Program-made: the position numbers and the translations under genes
Shown: piece by piece, positions 29,071-38,148 of the stretch
How the letters are laid out: the number at the start of each line of letters is the position of its first letter
Numbering within the stretch: the stretch's first letter is position 1
The notes under the pieces: generated by a model
Seen by the model: only the letters and a program-made list of their open reading frames with translations
Databases searched by the model: none
Told to the model about the DNA's origin: nothing
Origin: an uncultured Granulosicoccaceae bacterium
Lineage (GTDB): Bacteria; Pseudomonadota; Gammaproteobacteria; Granulosicoccales; Granulosicoccaceae
Reading direction: 5' to 3'
NCBI GenBank assembly: GCA_938041955.1
Contig: CALISD010000062.1
Span: 97-64,096 of the forward strand
DNA length: 64,000 nt

Positions 29071-30567
29071 CTACTGAATAACCGAATCTATTACATGAAT
29101 TATTCCGTTTTCAGCCTTGATGTCAGTGATGATTACCTTAGCGTTGTTCACAAACAGAGCACCATCACGAATCGACAGCGCCACGTCCGTTCCACTGGCG
29201 GTCTCAACCGAGCCACCCGTTGCGGCGAAAGCGGATACAGAGTCGACCGTTGCCCCGCTGATCACGTGAGTCAGAAGAATATTTGACAAGGTTGGCAGAT
29301 CACCCAAAAGGGCATCAATCGTGTCAGCGCCAAGCAAATTGAACGCATCATCTGTTGGTGCAAATACAGTAAATACCCCGCCGTGATCAGCTAAAACAGC
29401 GTCGAGCTGAGTAGCCTGTAAAGCCGCGACCAGGGTGTTAAAACGACCGTCAGCTACCGCTATATCCACCACTGAACCTGTTCCCATTATCGGCGCCGGC
29501 GGCGTGAGTACGGTATCAATTACGTGTATGACGCCATTTGATGCCAACACATCAGTCGCTGTCACCTGCGACAAATTGACAAACAGATTACCGCCATTCA
29601 AAGACAATGCGAACTCCGCTCCATTAGCCGCAGTAATCTTGGTACCCGCCAGAGATACGGCTGTCTTCGCTTCCACTGCTGTACCGCCGATAACGTGATA
29701 AAGAAGTATGTCCTTCAAGGTATCAGTGTCTGAGAGCAATGCGTTGATCGTATCCTGGCCAAGAGCAGCAAACGCGGCGTCTGTTGGAGCAAATACGGTG
29801 TAAGTCTGAGTGTCATCCGCCAGCACAGTATCCAGACCAGTAGCGGCTAACGCTGCTGCCAGTGTGTTGAAGCTTCCTGCAGCGACCGCCGTATCAACGA
29901 GGTTTAACAGATTGTGATCGTCGCCAGCGCCCGTGTTTTCACCGCCGTCTGAGGTACCGTCCGTAGTACCACCGGTGTCACCACCGTTGTTACCTACGTT
30001 AGCGCTTGTATCCGCTTGACCGGGAATTAAAACAGCATCAATCACATGGATTATGCCGTTGGTTGCAGTAATGTCTGCAGTGGTTACCGCTGACGCATTG
30101 ATAAACAGATCCGCGCCTTGCAATGATATCGCCAGAGAAGTGCCATTCGCCGCATCTACTGTTCCACCAGCAAGACTTATCGCAGTTTGAGAATCAACAC
30201 TGTTACCACCGATCACGTGGTAAAGCAGGATGTCACGAAGTTGATCAGGATTAGCAAGCAATTCGCTAATGGTGTCGCTGCCTAACGCTGCAAAAGCGTC
30301 ATCAGTTGGAGCAAATACTGTGTAGGTTTGAGTATCATCGGCAAGTACTGCATCAAGCCCGGTGGCTTGCAACGCAGCGACCAGTGTATTGAAACTACCC
30401 GCACCAACCGCCGTCTCTACAATGTTCTTTGTCGCTGGAACTACCACTGCAGTTTCAGAATCGGAAGATAGGGTCGCTGCACCGTCACAGGCGGCCAGAG
30501 TGAGAAGTGCAACACCTGCAAATGCAGCCTTTGCTCCTGTGGTGATTTTCTTAGAAAAACATTTCAT
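29071..30567 (-). CDS. Lipoprotein with three fasciclin (FAS1) domains
   Basis: ATG 30567 gives MKCFSKKITTGAKAAFAGVALLTLAAC with lipobox LAAC. There are three FAS1 units, each with FTVFAPTDDAF and NGIIHVID motifs. A Gly/Thr/Asp-rich linker separates units 1 and 2. Confidence 0.9.
   Translation of the reverse strand: MKCFSKKITTGAKAAFAGVALLTLAACDGAATLSSDSETAVVVPATKNIVETAVGAGSFNTLVAALQATGLDAVLADDTQTYTVFAPTDDAFAALGSDTISELLANPDQLRDILLYHVIGGNSVDSQTAISLAGGTVDAANGTSLAISLQGADLFINASAVTTADITATNGIIHVIDAVLIPGQADTSANVGNNGGDTGGTTDGTSDGGENTGAGDDHNLLNLVDTAVAAGSFNTLAAALAATGLDTVLADDTQTYTVFAPTDAAFAALGQDTINALLSDTDTLKDILLYHVIGGTAVEAKTAVSLAGTKITAANGAEFALSLNGGNLFVNLSQVTATDVLASNGVIHVIDTVLTPPAPIMGTGSVVDIAVADGRFNTLVAALQATQLDAVLADHGGVFTVFAPTDDAFNLLGADTIDALLGDLPTLSNILLTHVISGATVDSVSAFAATGGSVETASGTDVALSIRDGALFVNNAKVIITDIKAENGIIHVIDSVIQ
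29074..30426 (-). repeat. Three tandem FAS1-encoding repeat units (about 400 bp each)
   Basis: Units at 30022-30426, 29500-29907 and 29074-29475. Units 1 and 2 are also visibly similar at the DNA level, for example around the YTVFAPTD and ILLYHVIGG codons. Confidence 0.8.
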
Positions 30568-31586
30568 TTTCGGGTCCGTTGAGTTATTCATGGGAGGCAT
30601 CACATTGATGTTGCGGTGCATATTGCCTGCATTGCCGTGAATCAAGGGTGTCGCGGCTGTGAACGAGCCGTGAATTGCACCCGAAGCACCCGAAAAATCA
30701 TTCTCAAGTGAACGTAAAGCTCAGCGGACTGCCGATGTCTCTCCAGTAATGTGACAGCGATTTCTTACTTCCCGCAACAATACTCGACCATGTAAGCAGT
30801 TCTAACCTGCTGCCATGCAGTTACCGCAAAATCACGGCGTGGCACTGCTACTTCCCGGCGGAATGAATTAGGAGTAGTGGCAGCTTGCGTACTGACTCCA
30901 ATGCCAACATACAGATATTAGGACTTATCGCCAAACCCAGTTACCGGAAAAAAAACCTAATGCATACCACAACCGATATGCACGCTTCGCCTGGTGCTGC
31001 AGACAATAGCTGCTATTGCAATTGCGAGTAGTGAATAACAGACACTGGAGTTCATTTGAATTGATGAGCGCTTATAACAACACGCATTCTGCTAATAACG
31101 CTCAGCTTCAACTATCACTGATATCGAACTCAGACGTCGTTAAATATGATGCGATAAGATACTGCACCACAGACCAATAAATGCTGTTAGCTGTAGACCG
31201 GCATGAACACCGCCCGTTTTCGCACTATCTGAATCAAGCCGCAAGATTATTTCCGACCAACGTGACCGGATGTGAACGTCAATAGATCACAACGGCTTTA
31301 TGTCACCACTGTGGTATTCAAGTCTGGGACGGTGGGAGCGAACATCACTTAATAACAGTCAGCACGTAAGGACCTTAAGGCACTGATGTAATAACGAGCC
31401 ATATCAGCTTTGTGCATGTGGAAACCTACCGACGGTCAACTCATCATTCAATAAGCCGGTACCTGCCGGTGTGGAACCAGCAAATTAGAAGACCATCTAC
31501 GAGCGAAGAGACACGCACTGAAACACTGCAGAGACAGCAAACCCGGAGACCGACGCACGCTGTAACTCAAGCATGCACTTATGCCG

Positions 31587-32087
31587 CTATTCCAATTGCA
31601 ACGCCAACGGACTCAATTGCAATAAACTATGCTGCTCCAGATAGGTGATCTTGAGCTCGCCTTGAATCAAAGCAACCATCGCTTTTATTCTCGACTTCGC
31701 AACCACAACCGTCTCCTGCGATTCAGCACTCTCCCGCACTTCCATCACAATACGGGCCCGACCACTGTCAAGCACATTGACCTTAAGATACGTGCGCTCA
31801 TACGTTGATTTTTGTACCGCGCCAACACTTTCTTTTGCAGCGGTAATATACTCTGTGCGATCAAACCGCTGGGTAGATTTATTTCCCAGGTACTTGAAAT
31901 GCACTACGGCCTCAAAATCCTTACTTAGAAATTGAGTAAGGTCATCAAAGAGGAATTGCTGATTAGTGTGCTCGACACGCTCAATGAACCGTTCGACACT
32001 TTGCACCTCAAGAGCGACAGCTTGAGTAGCTACGAAGAAAAACAATCCGAAACCCAGTAACAGCCTTGGGAATATCTTCATTATCAC
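31587..32087 (-). CDS. Hypothetical secreted protein
   Basis: 166 aa with a signal peptide (MKIFPRLLLGFGLFFFVATQAVA). No family recognised; size and composition suggest a small alpha+beta (NTF2-like) fold. Lies 93 nt downstream of the riboswitch-controlled oxidoreductase. Confidence 0.55.
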   Translation of the reverse strand: MIMKIFPRLLLGFGLFFFVATQAVALEVQSVERFIERVEHTNQQFLFDDLTQFLSKDFEAVVHFKYLGNKSTQRFDRTEYITAAKESVGAVQKSTYERTYLKVNVLDSGRARIVMEVRESAESQETVVVAKSRIKAMVALIQGELKITYLEQHSLLQLSPLALQLE

Positions 32088-32180
32088 ATCCTTCCTTTAT
32101 ACAACTTACCACTTCCTGCAGGGTCTAACGGCAAACTCTATTGCCGCTTGAGCTCCAACCCGGCCAAATTTGCGTTTTTA

Positions 32181-33455
32181 CTAACTCGCCTTCTTAAAGC
32201 CAGACAGTACCTGTGTTTCAGCCGGGAGCGACTGACCAATCACTTCCGCAATCATTTCTGCGGTAATTGGTGACAAAGTCCAACCCAGGTGCCCATGACC
32301 GGTGTTATAGAAAACACCGGATTGCTTGCCACTGCCAATGCGGGGCATCATATTCGGCATCATTGGACGCAGTCCGGCCCATGAAATCACATGCTCGGTA
32401 TCCACTGCCGGAAAGTACCTACGGCACCACTCGATCAATGGCTGGATACGGTCATCTCGAATATCGCGATTCACACCATTAAACTCTGCAGTACCTGCTA
32501 TACGGAAGCGATCGTCACCCAACCGACTGGTGACAATTTTCGCTTCATCATCAAGAATGCTGACCCACGGAGCCGCTTCCTGGCTGACGCTATCATCCAA
32601 AGGAACTGTTATTGAGTAACCTTTGACCGGATAGACATTGACCCGGTCACCCAACTGCGCTGCAATGCCACGGCTACCAATTCCGGCGCACACTACCACA
32701 CCATCAAATTCATGCTCATTCGTGTTTGCTGCAGCGCCGGGCTCAACATTTATTGATTGCACTCTGACCGAGCGGCCAGTGTGACTCACCTCTTCCACTT
32801 GAGTATCACAGCAAAATGTCGCCCCCATGCGAACACAAGCATCGGCCAAACCACGGGTATACTTGTGAATATCACCGGTTGAATCACTGGGAGTAAAATA
32901 CCCTCCGTAAAAATCACCGGTAAGCGACGGCTCAATCTGCTTCATCTCACTAGCATCTACCGCATCACGCTGAAGGCCGCCTTTAAGCAGTAAGTCGTTC
33001 ACACGAGTGGCATGTTCATACTCTTTCTTTGTGGAATAGATATGCAATATGCCGCGCTGCTCATAATCAAAGTTGATCTGCTCACGCGAGGCCCATTCTT
33101 GCAGATGTTCTCGCGCTGCGACTGCTAACCGCGCCGTTTCAATTGTGTTGTTTTTGTAGTTGGGAATATTGCCTATAAACTCAGCCATCCAAGACACCTT
33201 GTGCCAATCAGGGCGAGGGTTAACAAGTAGAGGCGCATCTTTGCGCAGCATCCACTTCAGCCCTTTTATTACCGTGGAGGTTTGCGTCCAAACCTCGGCA
33301 TTGGAGGCAGAAAGCTGCCCGCCATTGGCAAAAGACGTGGCCATCGCCGGGTAACGATGACGATCAAATACCGTGACATCAAAGCCGCGATTGAGTAGTG
33401 CATAGCAGGTGGTGACGCCAGTGATACCAGCGCCTATAACAGCGATTTTTTTCAT
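32181..33455 (-). CDS. FAD-dependent oxidoreductase, D-amino acid dehydrogenase (DadA)-like
   Basis: ATG 33455 with GAGGAA SD gives MKKIAVIGAGITGVTTCYAL (GxGxxG). DAO-family layout, 424 aa. The track start at 33497 runs into the riboswitch expression platform. Confidence 0.85.
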   Translation of the reverse strand: MKKIAVIGAGITGVTTCYALLNRGFDVTVFDRHRYPAMATSFANGGQLSASNAEVWTQTSTVIKGLKWMLRKDAPLLVNPRPDWHKVSWMAEFIGNIPNYKNNTIETARLAVAAREHLQEWASREQINFDYEQRGILHIYSTKKEYEHATRVNDLLLKGGLQRDAVDASEMKQIEPSLTGDFYGGYFTPSDSTGDIHKYTRGLADACVRMGATFCCDTQVEEVSHTGRSVRVQSINVEPGAAANTNEHEFDGVVVCAGIGSRGIAAQLGDRVNVYPVKGYSITVPLDDSVSQEAAPWVSILDDEAKIVTSRLGDDRFRIAGTAEFNGVNRDIRDDRIQPLIEWCRRYFPAVDTEHVISWAGLRPMMPNMMPRIGSGKQSGVFYNTGHGHLGWTLSPITAEMIAEVIGQSLPAETQVLSGFKKAS

Positions 33456-33508
33456 CGATGTGTTCCTCGACAGTTTTATCCGGATTGCAGGTTGCAATCA
33501 CTTCCAAT

Positions 33509-33684
33509 CCCATCTGTCTCGGAACCTGAGAGTTTTTGCGAGCGTTCGCATTACCCCTTCGGTGAGTGCACAACCGTGCACTGCTCTCCAGATGTCTCTG
33601 TTTAATGTGGTCCGTTTGCCTGAGAGTTTCCTGGGTGTTGCTCCTTCGGCGCTGCCGTGCTTCACAGCCGGCAATCTCTCCCAC
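33509..33684 (-). promoter_or_regulatory. Tandem glycine riboswitch (two aptamers)
   Basis: Minus-strand aptamer 1 (33684->33607): GUGGGAGAGAUUGCCGGCUGUGAAGCACGGCAGCGCCGAAGGAGCAACACCCAGGAAACUCUCAGGCAAACGGACCAC. Minus-strand aptamer 2 (33593->33509): AUCUGGAGAGCAGUGCACGGUUGUGCACUCACCGAAGGGGUAAUGCGAACGCUCGCAAAAACUCUCAGGUUCCGAGACAGAUGGG. Both carry the GGAGAG / CCGAAGGrGyAA / CUCUCAGG cores and closing P1 helices of the glycine riboswitch. Confidence 0.9.
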
Positions 33685-34245
33685 ATTATCTTTTGCACTG
33701 CCTGAGCAGTGCCGTCGAGACGAGCGACACAATGAACTAACTATGCCGCCATGGCAAGGAATTGCTTAATTTTTTACCTTCGGGAAGAAAATAGCGTCGT
33801 ATCAAACAAACCACTTTCAACATCCGCCACATTATCGGCCCGAAGCCTACTTTCTTTAGTCCCATATCAGCGCCCGGCAGCCGCGGCATCATCGTAACTG
33901 TATTTTCATACAGTATTCGATACCATAGCGACTGTCAGCGCAGCCGCTTTTTGAGTGGCCAGAATGAATCAACAACAATCCGAATTTATCACCCGTGCAA
34001 TGCAACAGCTCAGTCAGGTAATTGATGAATGCTGTAAGAATTCCTCGATTGCCAGCGCCACTCTGGGTCGCAAGCGAGTGGGCAAACATACTGTGGTTGT
34101 CAGATTAATTGCAGAGGTAGACAAAGGGTTCTCCGCCCCACTAGGTTCACACGCCAGCAGGCTCGGAGCTGAACCGGATTACTCAAAGCAAACAGAACAT
34201 CACAATGTCCATCGTGGGAGCCGTTGGCACAAGCCCATTTTCTAG

Positions 34246-35205
34246 TTAGGCTGAACCTGTAGGCACTACCTCATAGCCCGGTTCTTCAGGCTCATCATCT
34301 TTCATCTCAGCAGGGAAACCGGGCGCGAGAATACTAAGGCCAGTCGCATCTTCCAATCGACGAATTATATTTGGTGACCATTCGCGTGAACCATATCTGG
34401 CTTCACCGTCTTTAAAGATTTTGATTAGCAGCGGGCTGATTTCAAGCGGTACGTTGGCCCGATCTGCGACGGCCTGGAAAAGGCCGATGTCTTTACTCAC
34501 CAAATCCATGGTAAACGAAATATCACGTGATCCATTGAGGATCACCTGGCTTTCAGTTTCATGAACAAAAGAAGTTCCAGATGAAATCTTTATCGCTTCA
34601 TAGGTGGTGTTGAGATCCATACCGGCGGCTTTTGCGGTCACCAACGCCTCACAACAAGACAAAAGATTTGCAGTGGCCAGATAGTTTGTGATCACTTTCA
34701 ATACAGAAGCGGATCCTAATGGTCCGGTATGCAGCAGGCGGCGACCAAGTGACTTAAGAACAGGAGTAATGCGATCAAAGGTTTCCCGCTCACAGCCTGC
34801 GAAAATTGAAATATTACCCGTATCTGCGCGATGGCAACCACCCGACACAGGGCAGTCAACTGCAGAAGCTCCGACCTTTTCAACCAAGGCACCGAGACGT
34901 TTAACTTCTGCCTCATCAGTGGTCGACATCTCCATCCATATCTTGCCATCTGACAGACCTTGCAACAGACCGTCGCTATCTTCCATTACCGCAGCAGAGG
35001 CTGCAGGAGAAGGCAAACAGGTAATCACGGCCTCACAAGCGACAGCCATCGCTTTAGGACTGTCAGCCCATGATGCCCCCTGATCTAAAAACGGCTGTGC
35101 CAGCGTTCGATCAAGATCACGAACCATCACATCGTGACCATTGCGCAGCAGACTACCCGCCAACTTGCCACCAACATTACCAAGACCTATAAAGCCAATT
35201 TTCAT
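34246..35205 (-). CDS. NAD(P)-dependent oxidoreductase, 3-hydroxyisobutyrate dehydrogenase family
   Basis: 319 aa. MKIGFIGLGNVGGKLAGSL Rossmann motif and a 6-PGDH-like C-terminal domain. Confidence 0.85.
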   Translation of the reverse strand: MKIGFIGLGNVGGKLAGSLLRNGHDVMVRDLDRTLAQPFLDQGASWADSPKAMAVACEAVITCLPSPAASAAVMEDSDGLLQGLSDGKIWMEMSTTDEAEVKRLGALVEKVGASAVDCPVSGGCHRADTGNISIFAGCERETFDRITPVLKSLGRRLLHTGPLGSASVLKVITNYLATANLLSCCEALVTAKAAGMDLNTTYEAIKISSGTSFVHETESQVILNGSRDISFTMDLVSKDIGLFQAVADRANVPLEISPLLIKIFKDGEARYGSREWSPNIIRRLEDATGLSILAPGFPAEMKDDEPEEPGYEVVPTGSA

Positions 35206-35264
35206 TCTTCAGACTCTGTGATTTAACCGTTTTAACAGTACGTATTTCAGGCTGAAATACTTGT

Positions 35265-36392
35265 CTAAACCCGACTCTCACAAGCGGTACGAATGATCCC
35301 GGCCAACGTCCGTAACCCGTGTGCTGCCTCTTCCGGTGAAGCATGACTGAAGTTCAAACGCAGACTTGGAAGTGCCTTTACCCCCCTGGGATAGAACGAC
35401 TCGCCGGGCATGAAAGCGACTCCCGCTTCAATCGCCTGCTTTAACAACTCACGTGTATCAATGGCGAATTCCGGCCGCAACGTCAGCCAATAGAACAATC
35501 CACCGACGGGCTGCTGCCAATCTGCAATGCCACTGAATGCAGAAGTAAGGCTAAGGTCGAAGCTATCCCGCCGACGGCGATAGAACGTGGTTAAGGTTTG
35601 GTTTCTGTCATCGTTGAGCTGCAACAACTGTAAAATCAGTCGCTGACTGACTCTGCAACTGTGCAAATCAGCCGCCTGCTTCAAACGCACAAGATGTGGA
35701 AATAATTTTTTAGAACAAGTCAGATACCCTAAACGCAGACCCGGCGCATAGGCCTTGGAAAACGATGACTGATAGATCCACTCTGTATCGCGAACATAAC
35801 TGCAAACCGGTGTGCGATCACATTCCCCGTATACAAGATCACGGTATGGATCGTCTTCAAACAAGACACTGCCAGAACGGTCACACGCCAAAGCCAAAGC
35901 ACGCCGTTGCTCCTCGCTGTAGCAATGGCCAGTCGGGTTTTGAAAAGTAGGAATGGTGTAAGTCAGGCGTGAATTACCAATCTTCGGCTGATCGGCGGTA
36001 TAAGGAATATACTCAGCACCGAATAGATCAAAAACCTGCAAAGCTGCCAGATACGTTGGCGCTTCAACGGCAACATTTGTTCCTCGATCTACAAATAGCT
36101 TTGCTACCAGATCAATACCTTGTTGCGAACCGGACAATATCAACACTCGTTCAGGTGTCGTCTGAAGCCCTCGCTCAATCAAACTCGCCGCCACCTGCTC
36201 ACGCAACTCGCTTTCACCCTCAGACGGTCCGTACTGCAGATGCTCGCTATCAACGCAGCTTAAATCCAGCGCTGGAAAGCACTCAGTCGCCGGCAACCCA
36301 CCTGCAAAGGAAATCATTCCGGGCCTGTCTATTACCTTGAGAATTTCCCTGACGGGCGATTCAACCAGGTTTTCAATCCTTTTCGCAAACAT
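35265..36392 (-). CDS. PLP-dependent aminotransferase (class I/II fold)
   Basis: 375 aa. SPVREIL...ISFAGGLP N-terminal motif and PLP-lysine motif SSFSKAYAPGLRLGY. Confidence 0.85.
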   Translation of the reverse strand: MFAKRIENLVESPVREILKVIDRPGMISFAGGLPATECFPALDLSCVDSEHLQYGPSEGESELREQVAASLIERGLQTTPERVLILSGSQQGIDLVAKLFVDRGTNVAVEAPTYLAALQVFDLFGAEYIPYTADQPKIGNSRLTYTIPTFQNPTGHCYSEEQRRALALACDRSGSVLFEDDPYRDLVYGECDRTPVCSYVRDTEWIYQSSFSKAYAPGLRLGYLTCSKKLFPHLVRLKQAADLHSCRVSQRLILQLLQLNDDRNQTLTTFYRRRRDSFDLSLTSAFSGIADWQQPVGGLFYWLTLRPEFAIDTRELLKQAIEAGVAFMPGESFYPRGVKALPSLRLNFSHASPEEAAHGLRTLAGIIRTACESRV

Positions 36393-36410
36393 CAGTTCAC
36401 CCCTATTTAT

Positions 36411-36465
36411 GTCAATGTTATTGACCTTTTAAATTATCTTTTATTATTAGTCAATGCTTTTGACC
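36411..36465. promoter_or_regulatory. Two copies of a 16-bp pseudo-palindrome (candidate MarR operators) in the divergent promoter region
   Basis: GTCAATGTTATTGACC (36411-36426) and GTCAATGCTTTTGACC (36450-36465). A third half-site ATTGAC is at 36479-36484. All lie between the aminotransferase start (36392) and the marR start (36517). Confidence 0.4.
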
Positions 36466-36516
36466 TATAACTGGAAAATATTGACACGGGGCGTCATATC
36501 AAACTAATTTAGCAAT

Positions 36517-36948
36517 ATGATTGATTCAACACGAGAAGAACAACTCCGCGAAGCCATAGAGCTACTCTTTTTCTCGTACAGAGCCTTCACACGCGGCCCG
36601 GATGAAATTCTAGCCAAACGTGGCCTGGGGCGCGTTCATCACCGAATTCTGTACTTCATAGGACGTGAGCCGGGCCTTTCAGTCAACGATCTCCTGACAG
36701 TACTCAACATATCCAAACAAGCATTGCACCAGCCCCAGCAACAACTCATCAGCATGGGTCTGGTCAAAAACGACAAATCTAAAACCGACGGGCGGGTAAA
36801 AGAACTAAGACTCTCCGCAGCCGGTAAACGCCTTGAATCCAGACTCACTGGCACGCAACTACTGCAACTTGAAAATGTATTCTCGGAGTGTGGACGGAAA
36901 TCCGAAAAAGCCTGGCTGGAGGTAATGAAAACCATAGCTGATGATTAA
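36517..36948 (+). CDS. MarR family transcriptional regulator
   Basis: 143 aa. Winged-HTH pattern (HHRILYFIGREPGLSVNDLLTVLNISKQALHQPQQQLISMGLV...DGRVKELRLS). Confidence 0.85.
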   Translation: MIDSTREEQLREAIELLFFSYRAFTRGPDEILAKRGLGRVHHRILYFIGREPGLSVNDLLTVLNISKQALHQPQQQLISMGLVKNDKSKTDGRVKELRLSAAGKRLESRLTGTQLLQLENVFSECGRKSEKAWLEVMKTIADD

Positions 36949-37117
36949 CGGGCCAGGACTACCGATTACGTGATTAATTTGCCGAAGGGACGGGCATCGA
37001 AACCACCATATATGGCATGCCGCTCAAACCTCTCCTGCAAGCCGCTCGCGCACACCACTCAAAACAAGCCACAAAAACCATCACCCAAACACCCCCTCCA
37101 ATTGCTATGCTTACCCG

Positions 37118-37987
37118 ATGAAAGATTTTGACGAACTACGCTCTGTATTAGAGCTTGAAAGAATTGAAGACAACCTCTATCGCGGCCAGAGCTATCGAAC
37201 GCCATGGGGCCGGGTATTCGGCGGTCAGGTACTCGCACAGTCAATTCATGCGGCGCAATTGACTACACCTGATGATCGCAATCTACACTCAATGCATGCC
37301 TACTTCTTATTGGCCGGCGATATCGAGCTACCGATTGTCTATGACGTTGAGCATGTTCGAGATGGCGGCAGCTACACGACCCGCAGGGTTAAAGCAATTC
37401 AAAAGGGCCGTCCTATTTTTACAGTACAAGCCTCTTTTCAAGTACCAGAAGAGGGCTTGACCCATCATGTCCCCATGCCGGATGTACCCCCCCCGGAAGG
37501 GTTGCAGAATGATCAGCAGATCGGTGAGTCACTTCGTCAATCCGACCCTGATCTATACAAAATCAGCCGCATTGAACGCCCTATTGAGTGCCGCCCCACA
37601 CGCGGTTCAGAGCAGTACACTTCTGTGTCCACTGAACCTCGGCAGAACATCTGGATAAAAGCGCGTGGCTCACTGCCAGACTCTGATCGCATGCATCAGG
37701 TTGCCTTAACCTATGTGTCAGACTACAACTTGTTAGCCACAGCGCTACTACCGCACTGGCCGATTGCGAACAAAGAAGCCCGCAGAGAACGAGTCTTCAT
37801 GGCAAGCCTTGATCATGCCATGTGGTTTCACAGGCCGTTTAGACTCAACGACTGGTTGCTCTATAGCATTGAAAGCCCAAGTGCCAGCGGCGGCAGAGGC
37901 TATTCAAGAGGTGATGTATACACCCGAGACGGTGAGTTGGTGGCATCCGTAGCGCAGGAAGGGCTCATTAGAACGCAGCGTGGTTAG
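37118..37987 (+). CDS. tesB: Acyl-CoA thioesterase II
   Basis: 289 aa, double hot-dog fold. N-terminus LELERIEDNLYRGQS...RVFGGQVLAQ and SLDHAMWFHRPF are TesB hallmarks. Confidence 0.9.
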   Translation: MKDFDELRSVLELERIEDNLYRGQSYRTPWGRVFGGQVLAQSIHAAQLTTPDDRNLHSMHAYFLLAGDIELPIVYDVEHVRDGGSYTTRRVKAIQKGRPIFTVQASFQVPEEGLTHHVPMPDVPPPEGLQNDQQIGESLRQSDPDLYKISRIERPIECRPTRGSEQYTSVSTEPRQNIWIKARGSLPDSDRMHQVALTYVSDYNLLATALLPHWPIANKEARRERVFMASLDHAMWFHRPFRLNDWLLYSIESPSASGGRGYSRGDVYTRDGELVASVAQEGLIRTQRG

Positions 37988-38148
37988 TTTCTGCCGTGTC
38001 ATTCATCCACCTGCTGATGCACATCAACCTTCCAATATACTGCCGCAAGCCCCTTGGAAACCCAGACGCGTCAGGCTTGTGCTGCGCAGCAGTACGGTAA
38101 TTCTCTTCCTGCAAACCTTACCCCCTGCAGATGGCAAACGAATCCGAT

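Noticed and set aside
30738-30743. Second glycine aptamer suggested by CTGGAGAG on the minus strand
   Set aside because: No ACCGAAGG or CUCUCAGG cores occur downstream of it, so it is an isolated hexamer.
33379-33732. Track ORFs 33379..33732(-), 33409..33705(+), 33498..33698(-) and 33566..33769(+)
   Set aside because: They overlap one another and the glycine riboswitch. The translations are Arg/Cys/Ser-rich with no family resemblance. The RNA element fully explains the sequence conservation pattern.
33955-34245. 96-aa ORF (GTG start) between the riboswitch promoter region and the dehydrogenase gene
   Set aside because: No ribosome-binding site and no recognisable domain, and it ends exactly at the stop of the convergent gene. 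It cannot be supported as a gene, though it is not excluded.
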